A stretch of DNA of 63,877 nt, filler included, from Choristocarpus tenellus KU-1152 (taxonomy: Eukaryota; Protista; Phaeophyceae), in the NCBI GenBank assembly GCA_964200185.2. It is 10 parts of 10 records of this genome, joined end to end, with 100 filler letters (N's around TTAATTAATTAA, not from the genome) between each part and the next. Parts side by side here need not be neighbours in the genome. Positions count along the whole stretch, not along the records: positions 43,097 to 53,714 come from CAXNAD020002828.1; positions 53,815 to 56,332 come from CAXNAD020027146.1; positions 56,433 to 61,182 come from CAXNAD020013208.1; positions 61,283 to 63,877 come from CAXNAD020026440.1; 6 more parts are not named here. One strand, given 5' to 3'. Of the stretch, positions 52,488-63,877 are shown piece after piece; position 1 is the stretch's first letter, and the number at the start of each line of letters is the position of its first letter. A program made the position numbers and the translations under genes. The notes under the pieces are model-generated. The model was not told the origin of the DNA. It did not search any database and saw only the letters and a list, made by a program, of their open reading frames with translations.

Positions 52488-53714
52488 ACCCTGACTGCAT
52501 TCATAGGCAGGCCAGAGTGTTCAAGTGGAAGCAGGTGCTGAACACCTGTCTGGACCCTAGGACCAAACATTGCGACATTCCGAAAGCAAAGTGTAGCACA
52601 GGTATTGATATAGGGTTAGGGTTAGGGTTAGAAGTGGTTGGCATCCACTAGGTGGGGCAATCGCCACAGGACATGCTAGACGCAGCTCTAAATCTCAAGG
52701 CACATATTGCCTATGCTGAGAAGTTTCAGTCCTGGCCAGCAGAGACACTGAAGGACTCTTCACTAGAGCTCGCCTTGAATATAGTGTTAGGGAGTTCCAC
52801 TCGTGGTGCTGGTAGATGAGTTAGGTGGTTCAAGTCTCAGTGAGGGAACATATGTAGCAATCAGCACCAAAAGTGGAACTTGAGTCCTTCAAGACGGTGT
52901 GATGATGGTGCGATGCCTCCATTTGGGTGATGACAAAAAACGTGACTTTAACGACCCACTTCATGACTGAAAGGAAATGGAATTATTGTAAGTGCCTATC
53001 TAACCTCTGAACTTGTGCTGTCATTACCTGCCAATACCTGCCAATACTGGGAATATTGCAAGAGCAAAGCGTAATAAAAAAAGGGTACATCATTCTGCTG
53101 TGAAACATCTCAATGAAGGTGCATGCAAGGGAGGATGTAAGGAATGACGAGAAAGAAATTGCCGCGTTAACACATGTTAACACTCAACAGATCCAGTCCA
53201 TACCTTACTGCCAACTACATACCGGAGGTGTTGCGAAACCAACACAATATGCATAAAAATAAAATGACTAGAAGAAACAAGTATTCATCATCAACTATAG
53301 ACCGATATGTCAGGATTAGAAGAGAGTTGTTGAAAGTGCAACAGGTGTTGAGCGGAGGTGCTGGAAAAAGAAAAAAAAATACCATCAGCAGCGCATCAAC
53401 CTTGGCAACAAAATTTAATGTTCCCGCTAACGACATTCGAGGGTTAGGGTACTAAGTTACATGTTGTAGGTTAGGGTTAGGGTACTAATTTATACGTTAT
53501 AGGTCATACGACCAAGATACAAGCAAAGTTAGTGTAACTATATATATAGTGACGACAGTATAGTATTAAATTGTTCATCATATCGGACATTGGTTGATTT
53601 AGGTCATAGTAGTTGTCAGTCCTACTGTTCTGCCAACTCCCTGGTTGAGCAGAGCACCGTAAGGCTAAGCCCTCCCCCCCATCCGGTTAAGGGCTTTGTC
53701 ATAGGGGTGAAAGT

Positions 53715-53814
53715 NNNNNNNNNNNNNNNNNNNNNNNNNNNNNNNNNNNNNNNNNNNNTTAATTAATTAANNNNNNNNNNNNNNNNNNNNNNNNNNNNNN
53801 NNNNNNNNNNNNNN
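53715..53814. other. Artificial contig spacer
   Basis: 44 N + TTAATTAATTAA + 44 N. Confidence 0.98.
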
Positions 53815-53932
53815 ATACCCCCGTAAGCATGCTAATATTATGCTCAATGCCCCCAACCCCGCAGTGATCAGTTCCCCCCCCCCCCCACCCTCCCTCCCCA
53901 AAAGCGACCCACCACTTAACTCTATCACTTAC

Positions 53933-54139
53933 CCATGATGACTCAGAGGCCAACAAGACCTCACCCCCAACTTCACTCCATGAGCTGCTTCGCACCCCCT
54001 GTCCCTGTCCTTCACTCCATCCCCCCCCTTCCAACATTCCTGCTTCGCCTGCCAGTAATCGTACAATACCCTCTCTGTACTTGTTGCTTGGAGGGGGGAG
54101 GGAGTGTCTCAAGAGTGTGGCCACCAGTACTCCCTGTGT
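53933..54139 (-). CDS. Isolated internal exon of an unknown protein
   Basis: 207 bp, phase 0/0, T-rich acceptor ...gttgagcag| and strong donor TGG|gtaagt. Peptide TQGVLVATLLRHSLPPPSNKYREGIVRLLAGEAG...LLASESSW. Confidence 0.55.
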
Positions 54140-56332
54140 CTGCTCAACACAAAAAAGGAGAAACAAAAAATAAGAGGGTTTGCATGTTGCCTTGGAGGCG
54201 GTACAGTGTGCTATAGACACTCACCGAGATATCCATTACTTACCACTTAACCATTACACACACACACACACAAAATATTTTAACTATTTTGTTACGATAA
54301 AAAACAAAAAAGAGTCCTTGCAAAGCTTATTATTATTTTCGGTAGTGGAATTTAAAAAAAAATTGCGGATACTTCGTTTGCAACTGCCATACAAAAAAAA
54401 TACAAGGAAAGAATAAAAACAAGACCCGTGCGTGTAATACATATGTACACAAACACAAACACACACACACAGGTATGCATGGAGAAAGGACCACCAGCAA
54501 CACCACCCCAATTTTACGCATGAGCTCACAGACACGTGCATAAAAAAAAGAAAAAAAAATCTCGATCGATGCAATTCCTCTGTTAGGGTTAGAGTTAGAC
54601 AGTTCGTGGATGAAGAAGAAATAAAAAACTGTTGTATTTAGAAGGTGTTTTGCTTCTGAGGATAAAGAAAACTGTTCAATTTAGAAGGCTTTTCCTTCCA
54701 AATTTGCAGTGGGCAGCGTAGAATAGAATAGAATAGAACAGTGAGTGAGAGAGAGAGAGAGAGTGAGAGAGTGAGAGACTGAGTCAGATATCATCGAGAT
54801 GTTAGGGCAACCTCACAATGGAACTTTGCACGCCCCCTCTCTCTCTAAAAAATAAAAATAAAAATAGAAAGGAATAAATAAACCTTGCACCATCTTGTGC
54901 GCATTTCCACCTACAGCCTGTCCCAAAAACGGATATTTTTGAATTGATGCCAAAACAGGCCAAAACAGGCCAATTGTGCACCTATACATATATTGCCACA
55001 AATTTAATTCTTTTTCGATAGCTTGGGTCGACTACTACCAGCCACTTCGCAAATCGCAACATGCAGACACCATACCGCCATCATCTAATCCTGCAGTCTG
55101 ATCATACAACGGACAGCCCACTCCCATGGGGGGGGGGAGTTCCTCCCCCAAAAGGCGAGCTGGAACAAGACGACTGATGTAAGGAAGGGAGGTGACGAAG
55201 AGTCAAGAGTGTCCTTCAGAGGGTGCCATCGATCAAACACGCCTCTGTAACTCACAGCTTTCCATATTTCATTTTTTTATTTGTGAGATCATCTCTACTT
55301 GGGAAGAGGCTATTTCCTTGATATGGACACAAACAAACACACACACAAACCTAATAATACATAACCCGACTCTTGTCATGGGCGTAAACTCTACACTGGA
55401 ATATTTTCCACACTTGCACATTTGGCTATGGAAATGGGGAGTCACACACAACATTTTGTAACCCTAACCTCTCAAGATCAAAACAGACAAAATCCACCCC
55501 CTCCACAGATGCATGTAATGAAAGGCCCGTTCCTATCCCATTCCTATTTTTAATACAACAAAAAAAAAACAGGGAAAAAAAATATGAATTTTCGGAATGA
55601 AATTATTGTCGCTAGGAGTCCGGCCTAACCTAACAACAGCGTAATTTTCCAGCTACAACCACTGCAAGATAAAGGCCAAAATTGGACACAAAAAGAAAAA
55701 TAATCAAGTCCCCCCCTCCCCGCTGCTGGGAATTTTAAAAAAAGAAAACTTTTATATTTTCATTACTAGACCCTCAAAAAATACAAAATAAATAAATACA
55801 GCGCAAGTGACATTTACTTAGAGAAAATATGCCTCATTATATATAGAACTGACCAACAGACAGCAACAACGGGTTCTTCTCTGTGAAAAAAGGAACTAAT
55901 CTTGTATGCAGGCATTAATATTATCAATAATAAACCTTGTCTTAAAGCAAATGGAGAAGAGAAGTCCACCATATATACGTACATGCATGTATATACCAAA
56001 AGAATGCCAATTAATAGTTCAAACTCCTACACAGGTGGATTGGTTTCCTGGCTATTTTCGTTCACAGGGGGGGATAGCGATAGCGATACTGTCAAAGAGA
56101 TAGGGTCAATGGAGACTTACTCAATGGAGTTTACTCAATGGGAAGTCTCTCGATGGATAAGATCAATACAAACACTACCACCAGAAGTAACAAGAGTAAA
56201 ATATATATATATATATACATATATCATAAAATACACCACGCGGTACTTCCACAACAAAGAGAGCAACATTAATAACATTAACACTCTTCTTATCGCATTC
56301 CTTTCGCCAACACAAGAAAACCTGCCCCAGAT

Positions 56333-56432
56333 NNNNNNNNNNNNNNNNNNNNNNNNNNNNNNNNNNNNNNNNNNNNTTAATTAATTAANNNNNNNNNNNN
56401 NNNNNNNNNNNNNNNNNNNNNNNNNNNNNNNN
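56333..56432. other. Artificial contig spacer
   Basis: 44 N + TTAATTAATTAA + 44 N. Confidence 0.98.
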
Positions 56433-59092
56433 CCACCACCACCCACCCCACCCCCTCCTTTTTTTTTTTTTTTTTGGTTGTAGGGGGGGGGGGGGGGGGG
56501 GGGGGGGGGGGTGGGGGTTCATCTCAGGATGAAGAGGGGACGGATAGATCTCGGGGAGATTACATTTACTATGTGTAGAACTACGTAGAATGTACTCGAA
56601 CGAGGAAGGGCGTGTAAAGGAGATGTAGCATCTGCATCATGATGCGACGTGGGCTGAGTGGAGTGGATAACTTGAGATGAGATGAGACTACCACAATAAG
56701 ACCATCTTGGATCAATCAGGGAAGACTTTCCTCCCCAAGACAGGAGGAAATCTGGTTCCTTTTTTTTCCCTCCGATTTATAATTACTTTTCCCCCCTCTC
56801 TTATCGTAAAGCTTGGATTATTGTTTTTTTTTACGGGGAAGGTGATGTGCGGGAGATGATATTGTGGGAATGTTGTTGCTTGATGCCACACCTGAAGCAA
56901 GTGCACAGGTGTAGTATGGAACACTACAACAATTGATGTGGTATACACTCTGAATTACTTGATCAACGAGCTGCGTCTAAGTGATAGTGCAAAGCCAACT
57001 AAGTGCTCTATATTATGCTTTGGTGATCGGCTCGATAATTGGTACAGTGGTCAGCGATGGAAGATACCTACACACACAATAGGCTAGTATGCTCTGCCAT
57101 GGAGCTAGATACCACTGGAGAAAGGTCAACCTCCAGTAAATGCAACAGAATGATCAAAAAGCACGGGCACATCTACTACATGAAGGAAGGCTCCAAATAA
57201 GAAATATTGTTGAAATTGCGATGATGAAATGAACCAACCCAATCCTCGCACATATCATGTATGCCACCACACTTTGAAGCATTGGTCACAAGTCTCATTC
57301 CCCCCCTCATTTCCACACCTTAACACCCAACCAACAACGCCAAAACCACGTTTTGTTTCCGCATACACCAATAAGTAACGCACACACGTCGAATTAGATG
57401 GTGGATATGTCATAATGGTCTGAATTGTTCAGCAGCTGACCTTTTTTGCGAACTAATTTAACCAACCCTTATGTGGGATGTATGGTCGACTGGGCTCTAG
57501 CAACTGGGCTTTTGTCGCAGATTTAACTCGTGGTTGGATACGTAGTATGGCTAGAAAGGCTTTGATAGACTGTTGAAGTGGAGAGCTTCGATTGACCCCT
57601 GAGCAGAATATTGACCCGACCAAAAACTCTTCTATGTTTTGAAGGCCTTCTCATAATATGTACTCAGATCAATAACGGTTATAGAACATTTGAAAACAAG
57701 AACCCAATGGCCTCTAAACTATTCCAACAATCGGTGTCGCACATATTGTTTGAAAGCAAACAACACACCATGATTCACATATTCGCTAAAAATGCTCCTC
57801 CTCCTGGACTGTCACAACAAAGAGGTGGTCTAGAAACAAGGGGAGAATCTCATAAATTGTTTAGAGTGGTTCTCAAGTGATAGGCGATCATACTATGTAG
57901 TCCCTGTTGACACTATAGTGCCCTTGTTGGCTGGATTTACCCTTCACACTACACCCCTGTCGGACCGCCCTTAAAATTGAATCTCCTACCCCTATGCAAA
58001 CGTCACAACCACACTTTACATCCCTATTTCGCAATACTCACCCTTGCACAATAAAACACTGCTATTTCTAGCCTAAACCGGATCTGCTCATCACGCTACA
58101 TGGCCACTCCCGATGATAAGTGATACGTACATATACATATGCCACAATGCACTGCGAAAGGTACTGACAAGTTGCCACCATCTCTAGTAGAAGGCAAGAG
58201 GTCTCTGATTCTTGCTATAGAGTCCCGACTATCTTCTTGAGAGCCAGAAGCAGGTGGATGAATCTTTTCAGACTAAAAAGGACTCCGAGTAAGGGAAGGG
58301 GGGGGTCAGGAGGAGACACAGTGGGAGACACGGGCACCAGAAGACAGGGGGTGGGTGCAAAAGAGCCGTGATGCTGCAAGATGAGAGGTGTTTGGAGATG
58401 GATCCGAAATATATAATTTTTCGGCAATAATAGGTAGGTACCAAGTATCTGGTTTGTGTCATCGACAAAAACCTCTTCGTGTCTCCATTTTGCCTTTCAG
58501 ATGGTGTTCAAGAAATTACGAGGAAATCGCGCATCGTCTCCTAGAAGAGCTTGACTCTTTTCCATTGTATTATAAGAAAGTTCTAGTACGATGCACAATT
58601 ATATTCTGTAACCTATCTATCTTGAATTCCATGTGTATACCCGAAAGGAGGATACAATGGTAGTAACAGCCGATTTCAAAAATTGAGGATGGAGCTTTTC
58701 ATTGAGGATGGGCTTGACCCAAAATTGACTGCGATAATAAAGTGTCGATATGTTTTTTTTTGTATTATAGTACAATTGAGGAGACATGGCGGATGCGGCA
58801 AAGAAGAGTGGAATATATTCTAAACATTATCCCTGTACCTGTTAGTAGAGTTTGAAATTTTCTGACTTTATCCGCAAATTTGAGGTTGTTATTGCACCAC
58901 TACGCTAAAACTTCAGTCTTGAATACAATAATCTGCAAAATGTCAGAGGGCATAATAATAATACATAATAGTAGCCAAATAAATGATGTGAATTAGGCAC
59001 TGACAGTCATGTTGCTTATGTACGGGTCTCAATATATATATGTATACATCATATATATGGCTGAAATGCAAGAAATTGAGAAAGTGCATCAC

Positions 59093-60725
59093 CTTCTAAT
59101 ATTAAAGCTTGCTATCAACGTCGATTGATGCCGTAGTGAATTGAATAAGCGCCTGGTCCTTCCCCTGATAGAAAGAGAAACCAGACAGTGTGGATTACTT
59201 GTTTTTATATCTGACCAAATACGAGAGAAAATCCTCAATAAATAAGGTATGATACTTTCGGTTACGATGACACAACACTCACAACCTCTTAAGTTTTCCA
59301 CTTTTTTGTAATTAAAAAAAAAATCAAGTTTGATAGAAACTTGATCCAATACACATCTCCACGCATCATAGAAAAAATAACCTGATGTGCGAAATGTCTT
59401 CAACAAAATAAAATAAAGAAAACCTTAGAAACGTTTAGTTAACCCCCGTGGTACAGAGCAGGTAGTCTTCAGCTGACGAACTTTTAACAATAAAACACAA
59501 GATATATGATGCATCTTTTGTGGGGATAATTGAGAAGATAATTAGGTAGATGAAAATTTAGATAGAATCAAAGTAGTCTGTATAATTAACCTCGAAGTAG
59601 TCCTGCCAGACAAGCGGTCTTCTCTGAAAGAACACAGAATTTGACCCCAATAAATAACATAAAAAACACAACATGAAATGCACAGATGATACCAATTCCA
59701 TTCGCCTTTCCCTACATTTCCATACCCATAAATCCCACAAGGGTAACACGGAGGGCAATGGGGGGGCTTTGCTCGTAGATGATAGTGAATGAGACCCCTT
59801 GACTGTGTACTACTAGCATTAACCTTGGTTGAAAGTACAGCAAAATAGAAAATGAGAGGAGATATAACGAGGGGGCAACCTGTGTGTCTCTCATTCCTCT
59901 GCTTTTGAGTCGGTACTTGTGGAAACCAAGTCTGCTCTGGCAAGGAGGAACATAGACTCTTTAACAAAAATGGTCTCGTTCAATCGTGACTTAGTGTCTG
60001 ACCCGTCTGACGTGCACTATAGGTCAGTCAGTTGCTGTTGTTGGACAGGTGTTTCTTGGGTTCTATGAAGTAATATATATATATATATATATATAGGGAT
60101 CTCGCATGTCTCAGCATTGATTACCAAAGGGGTCGGTAAAACACTGTAAAACGGTTCATGTTCATGATTACATTCGGCAGGGCATTCTTCTCTCCACAGT
60201 TCCACTGATGTAGGATTTTGGAGCTGGGATCGAGAATACCAGGCATAGCTTGGGGTAGCAATGCGAAAATTTGACTGTGAAACTGAAAGTGAGAAGCCAC
60301 AACCACTTCTTAAATTCGGTAGTCAATCATTCCTTGACATTTCATGCTCTGTGCCATCGTCCGCCTTTTAGTTTAGTCCCAACCGTCTCTGGCAGCATGC
60401 ACTTCCGTCCCTGGCTAAAAGTATCTCTGTGTGGGGGGGGGAGGGGTCTACGCCAGGGTGTCCATTCGGGCCCTGACCAGGAGAAGTGCACATACATTAT
60501 CCATCCGACACATACAGCCAAATCACCTCAAAATCACGACTTGGAAAAATGGGCCCCGAATAGACAGTCGCCACTCCCCCCCCCCTCTCCCAGATACTTT
60601 GAGTACCCCAAGTCAATTGCTTCAGGTGTATGAGAGGATGTACTGCAGTACACCTCAGTTCCAGGTGAAGAGATTTAGCCTCAATGGAGCCATCGACAAC
60701 ATTGATGACACAAAAATGGACTGCC
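59093..60725 (-). CDS. Putative multi-exon fragment of an unknown protein
   Basis: Phase-compatible GT-AG exon chain 60654-60725, 60125-60274, 59726-59823, 59591-59623, 59093-59210. Peptide AVHFCVINVVDGSIEAKSLHLELSQIFALLPQAMPG...FYRPLWLMLVVHSQGVSFTIIYEQSPPIALRVTLVGFM... Further candidate exons lie near 58441-58495, 58160-58263 and 57466-57598. No family recognised. Confidence 0.4.
60413..60605. mobile_element. Full-length diverged MITE family B copy (~195 bp)
   Basis: ggctaaaagtatct..(g)n ... (c)n..cagatactttgagt; the interior is the reverse complement of 63707-63877 (ccaaatcacc.caaaatc.cgac.tg.aaaa). Confidence 0.75.
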
Positions 60726-61182
60726 CTAGGGATTTGTCTGGGATGAGACAAATAAGGGGTCCGAGAGAGCTAAGCGTGACAGCGCTCCGGGCACTACCCC
60801 GTCCACTATGATCTTGGGCGTTTCTCAGGACAAGTGTGAATCAAGCAATATTGCAAATGGTGTCTATGTTAGGGTGGGCTTGTGTGTGTGACATGCAGAA
60901 CAATGCTTGTGTCCCCCATGGCTTGTGTCTCGTCCCAAAACATGCAAGATATCTAGGCAGTTCCAAGGTGGCACAAGGTAAGAAATGCTTGGAATCTGAG
61001 AGCTAAACTATAGAGGAAGACGAGGACGCAAACTGTCATGAAACGGAGGATGTCCTAGTCACTTGTAAGCTAGGTCTCGATCTCTTTCACTCCCTCTCGT
61101 CTGCGATATCTGACGGAGAGTGCCCGATTGTTTCATGTATTCCCACACATTTTCGATTCATGTGCCCTATCACCCCCGGGGG

Positions 61183-61282
61183 NNNNNNNNNNNNNNNNNN
61201 NNNNNNNNNNNNNNNNNNNNNNNNNNTTAATTAATTAANNNNNNNNNNNNNNNNNNNNNNNNNNNNNNNNNNNNNNNNNNNN
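61183..61282. other. Artificial contig spacer
   Basis: 44 N + TTAATTAATTAA + 44 N. Confidence 0.98.
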
Positions 61283-63084
61283 CATATAATATATCTGTCA
61301 CTGGTTCTCCATCCTACTGTCTAATCCACCGGTAGTGTCTACGTGTATCAGCAGCACTATCTACGAACAACATCCTGGTGCCTTACATCGGGATCCTTAC
61401 TATTGTATATATTTGATGTGCTGTTGTTTTACTAGTCGCCTAAAAAAAAGAATAAATCAATTACATTGTGTTTGGTAAGGACAAAAGTGGCAAATGGGAA
61501 TCTCTTACATCAAGTCACCATGGGCGTGTCATACTTCATGAGGTAATAATCATTCCTCACATCGACTTTTTCAATGGTAACAGAATAAACTATTCTTTGT
61601 TTCGCACTTGATCCTTCCCTTGTGTCATTTCTATCGTTTATTGCTGGGTAATAATTTTTGTACGGTACACAATAAACCTGGTACACTCCACAACTATAGG
61701 TAATGGCGGAATATTCGTCAAATTTGGTTCAACTTCTGTCATTACAGATATACACCACATACATCTATCTGCCGGTTGCAGAAACGAGCAAGTTTGACTT
61801 TGATGGACCACGTAGCAGGTGTTTGGGAATAGGTATACCTATACCTTTATATCACTTCCCCTTCTTTTTTGCCATGCTGACAGGATGATGAGTCAAGGCG
61901 AGACCGCTCTCGCTCAATATAGATATATTACTATCTGCGCTAAAAAAAGACACATGGGACACCAGGAAAGATCTGGATCGTGACGATGAAGGATTAATCG
62001 TGAACAGGGGGAGTACTCACCAAATCCGAGGGAGAAGGCGGTGAGCGCTACTGTACGAGAAAAAGTCAAGGCAATCATAGGGAGTGGAATTAGTCGCAGT
62101 GCAGCAGGTAGTTCGTGGGGTAGAAGAAATAGTGAGGTGTGCACTGATATCTGATCAAGGGTCACAAGGGGGCTATAGGTAGGGCAGGGGTAGTGGAGGA
62201 ATTCCAGATCAAAGTGAGACAATAATCACACAACAACATATATCTGCACCAAATATTGTATAGACCTAAAAAATCAATCAAACGTCACCAAATCACTTAC
62301 TCATTATAATCACAATTTCAATGTGATGGCTCTATCAGACATTTGTTCGCCAGATTGTGTAATACTATTAATAGTCCCGTTTGAGACAAATAGTGTCTGC
62401 TACTGCACAAGCGGCTCTGTACAGACGTGTCATGCAATTCAAGCTAGAGACACCAGCAAGGCAGGCAAGAAGGGGCCTTCCACATTCTTAGGAGGCTTCC
62501 CCTAGCTCCTCTTCCACCTTTGTAGGGCGAACCTAGGTAAGCATAGCAATGTACACATTACTTTGTAGCGAACCTTAAAGGGACATTATTGTGATGTTCG
62601 ATTTCAGATAGTACGCATCTTTTTGCGACCTGTCTTAACATTGACGATAATTGTTATATATGGCAGTAGTCCTTGTGACATACTTAGTTTTGGTTTTCCC
62701 TAACAAAATTTACAAAATTTCAGAGGGGCTTTTAATAGTATAAACTATACATATGAACCATGTATAATATTGTATGCCCACTGAAAATTTCTAATGTTGT
62801 CATTAGTGAAGAAATCAATGTAACAGTAACAGGTAATGGAGTCTCTAACGAGAGCAAAAACAATGTATGAAACAACCCAAAAATGTAACACCTAATGAGG
62901 GTACCAGATGTATAGGGGAGCTTGCCTTATCTCTAGGGACAGATCTACTTTACCTCTTTTTGACGTACCTTGATATGGCAAAGAAGTGGTGCAAAATGCT
63001 CAACCTATTTTTGCCTTTTCCTACCACGCAGGATTTGTGATTGAATATAACATTTCCAAGTTTCGTCGGAACGAAATGACTACA

Positions 63085-63630
63085 AAAGAAACCGATGATG
63101 GTATGTACCATTAGAGTGCAATTTGAACCTCGACACCTTGGCGGTGTAAAGTTTTTGGTGCACAAGCAGCAGAAAGTTTCTTACATGAGTTGACCACACA
63201 TGGAGTAGGGGGGGAGGAGTGGGAGGTTATAGTACGAAAGGAGCTGTCAAATCTCGCTTAAGACAAGGAGTATCCGTCATTACACAAGTGCCTCTCTCGA
63301 GGCGCATTATCATGTCAGGGAAAAGGTCTAAGCCATATCACAAGGACTCTTGTAAAAGTAGCAGTTTTGTCGTAAGTGTGAAAGATACATCTTCTAAGAA
63401 AATTTACTATTTTAATGCCATCTATACTGCAGCAATCTCTCAAACGTTGGTAAACAAAATGATATATGTACACAGCTGTTATGCCTCTAACCTAGCTTAG
63501 CCCTACGCAAGTGGGCAATGATCGAGGGAAGCATCCCAAGAGTCCGACAGACCCCTTTCTTGCTCATCTGTTTTGGTGTCTTTTGCTTGAAACGCACATC
63601 CCCAAAATGTCAGATACCATAATAATATCA
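63085..63630 (+). mobile_element. Second CRE-like retrotransposon 3' relic, with an internal ~285-bp inversion
   Basis: GGYSTKGAVKSRLRQGVSVITQVPLSRRI matches GGYSRKGAVKSRLRQVVSVTTQVALSRRV of the 36740-37870 copy. Segment ~63312-63596 matches 36778-37024 but is flipped relative to its flanks. Confidence 0.82.
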
Positions 63631-63706
63631 TGCCATGCGTTTTAACCTGGAGATACCAGGGAGATGGACAAGGAGGGGCCTGTCAGATTCTTGAGATGTT
63701 TCCCTA

Positions 63707-63877
63707 GGCTCAAAGTATCTGGGGGGGGTGGCTGCTGTCCATTTAGGACCAATTTTTTCATGTCGCGATTTTTGGGTGATTTGGTTCCATACACATTGGA
63801 TGGATAATGAAAGCGCACTTTTCCTGGTTTTGGTCCAAATGGACACTCTGGTGTAGATATTTGTTGTCTTCCCATCT
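63707..63877. mobile_element. MITE family B copy (cut by window end)
   Basis: ggctcaaagtatctgggggggg tggctgctgtccatttaggaccaattttttcatgtcgcgatttttggg... Confidence 0.8.

Noticed and set aside
52220-52651. ORFs with MIYD/IYHI repeats and GLGLGL
   Set aside because: These are translations of a 12-bp-period minisatellite and a (TTAGGG)3 tract, not protein repeats.
55902-56332. 160-aa plus-strand ORF
   Set aside because: It runs into the spacer and includes (AT)n. A central exon (~56035-56186) is possible but unsupported, and it opposes the minus-strand exon on the same contig.
1-63877. A prokaryotic-style operon, defence system or endogenous giant-virus segment
   Set aside because: There are no dense intronless ORF runs or recognisable viral or bacterial hallmark genes; all recognisable genes are spliceosomal and sit on separate contigs.

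Overview
This is eukaryotic, intron-rich, repeat-rich DNA, almost certainly from a brown alga or close relative, because it carries a spliced mannuronan C-5 epimerase. It is not one locus. It consists of 10 contigs joined by nine identical artificial 100-bp spacers (44 N + TTAATTAATTAA + 44 N), so adjacency across spacers is not evidence of biological linkage. Genes reconstructed by hand with consistent splice phases: a 10-exon SHQ1 (H/ACA snoRNP assembly factor, minus strand, ~950 aa, one GC-AG intron); the last two exons of an ARP4-like actin-related protein (plus strand, apparent GC donor); five exons of an alginate mannuronan C-5 epimerase (minus strand, YGFDPHDD motif, 3'-truncated); two exons resembling a SET-protein Rubisco-LSMT substrate-binding domain; and several orphan exon sets. 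Mobile DNA includes a decayed Tc1/mariner transposase, CRE-like non-LTR retrotransposon relics (CCHC finger plus restriction-like endonuclease, one with a clean internal inversion), and two related MITE families sharing an AAAGTATCT TIR core. One of these families has GAG...CTC ends and 4-bp TSDs (Sola-like). I found no rRNA, tRNA, CRISPR array or multi-gene system that I can support. The most novel-looking signal is short TTAGGG tracts fused to MITE termini, which suggests telomerase-type healing at transposon ends.
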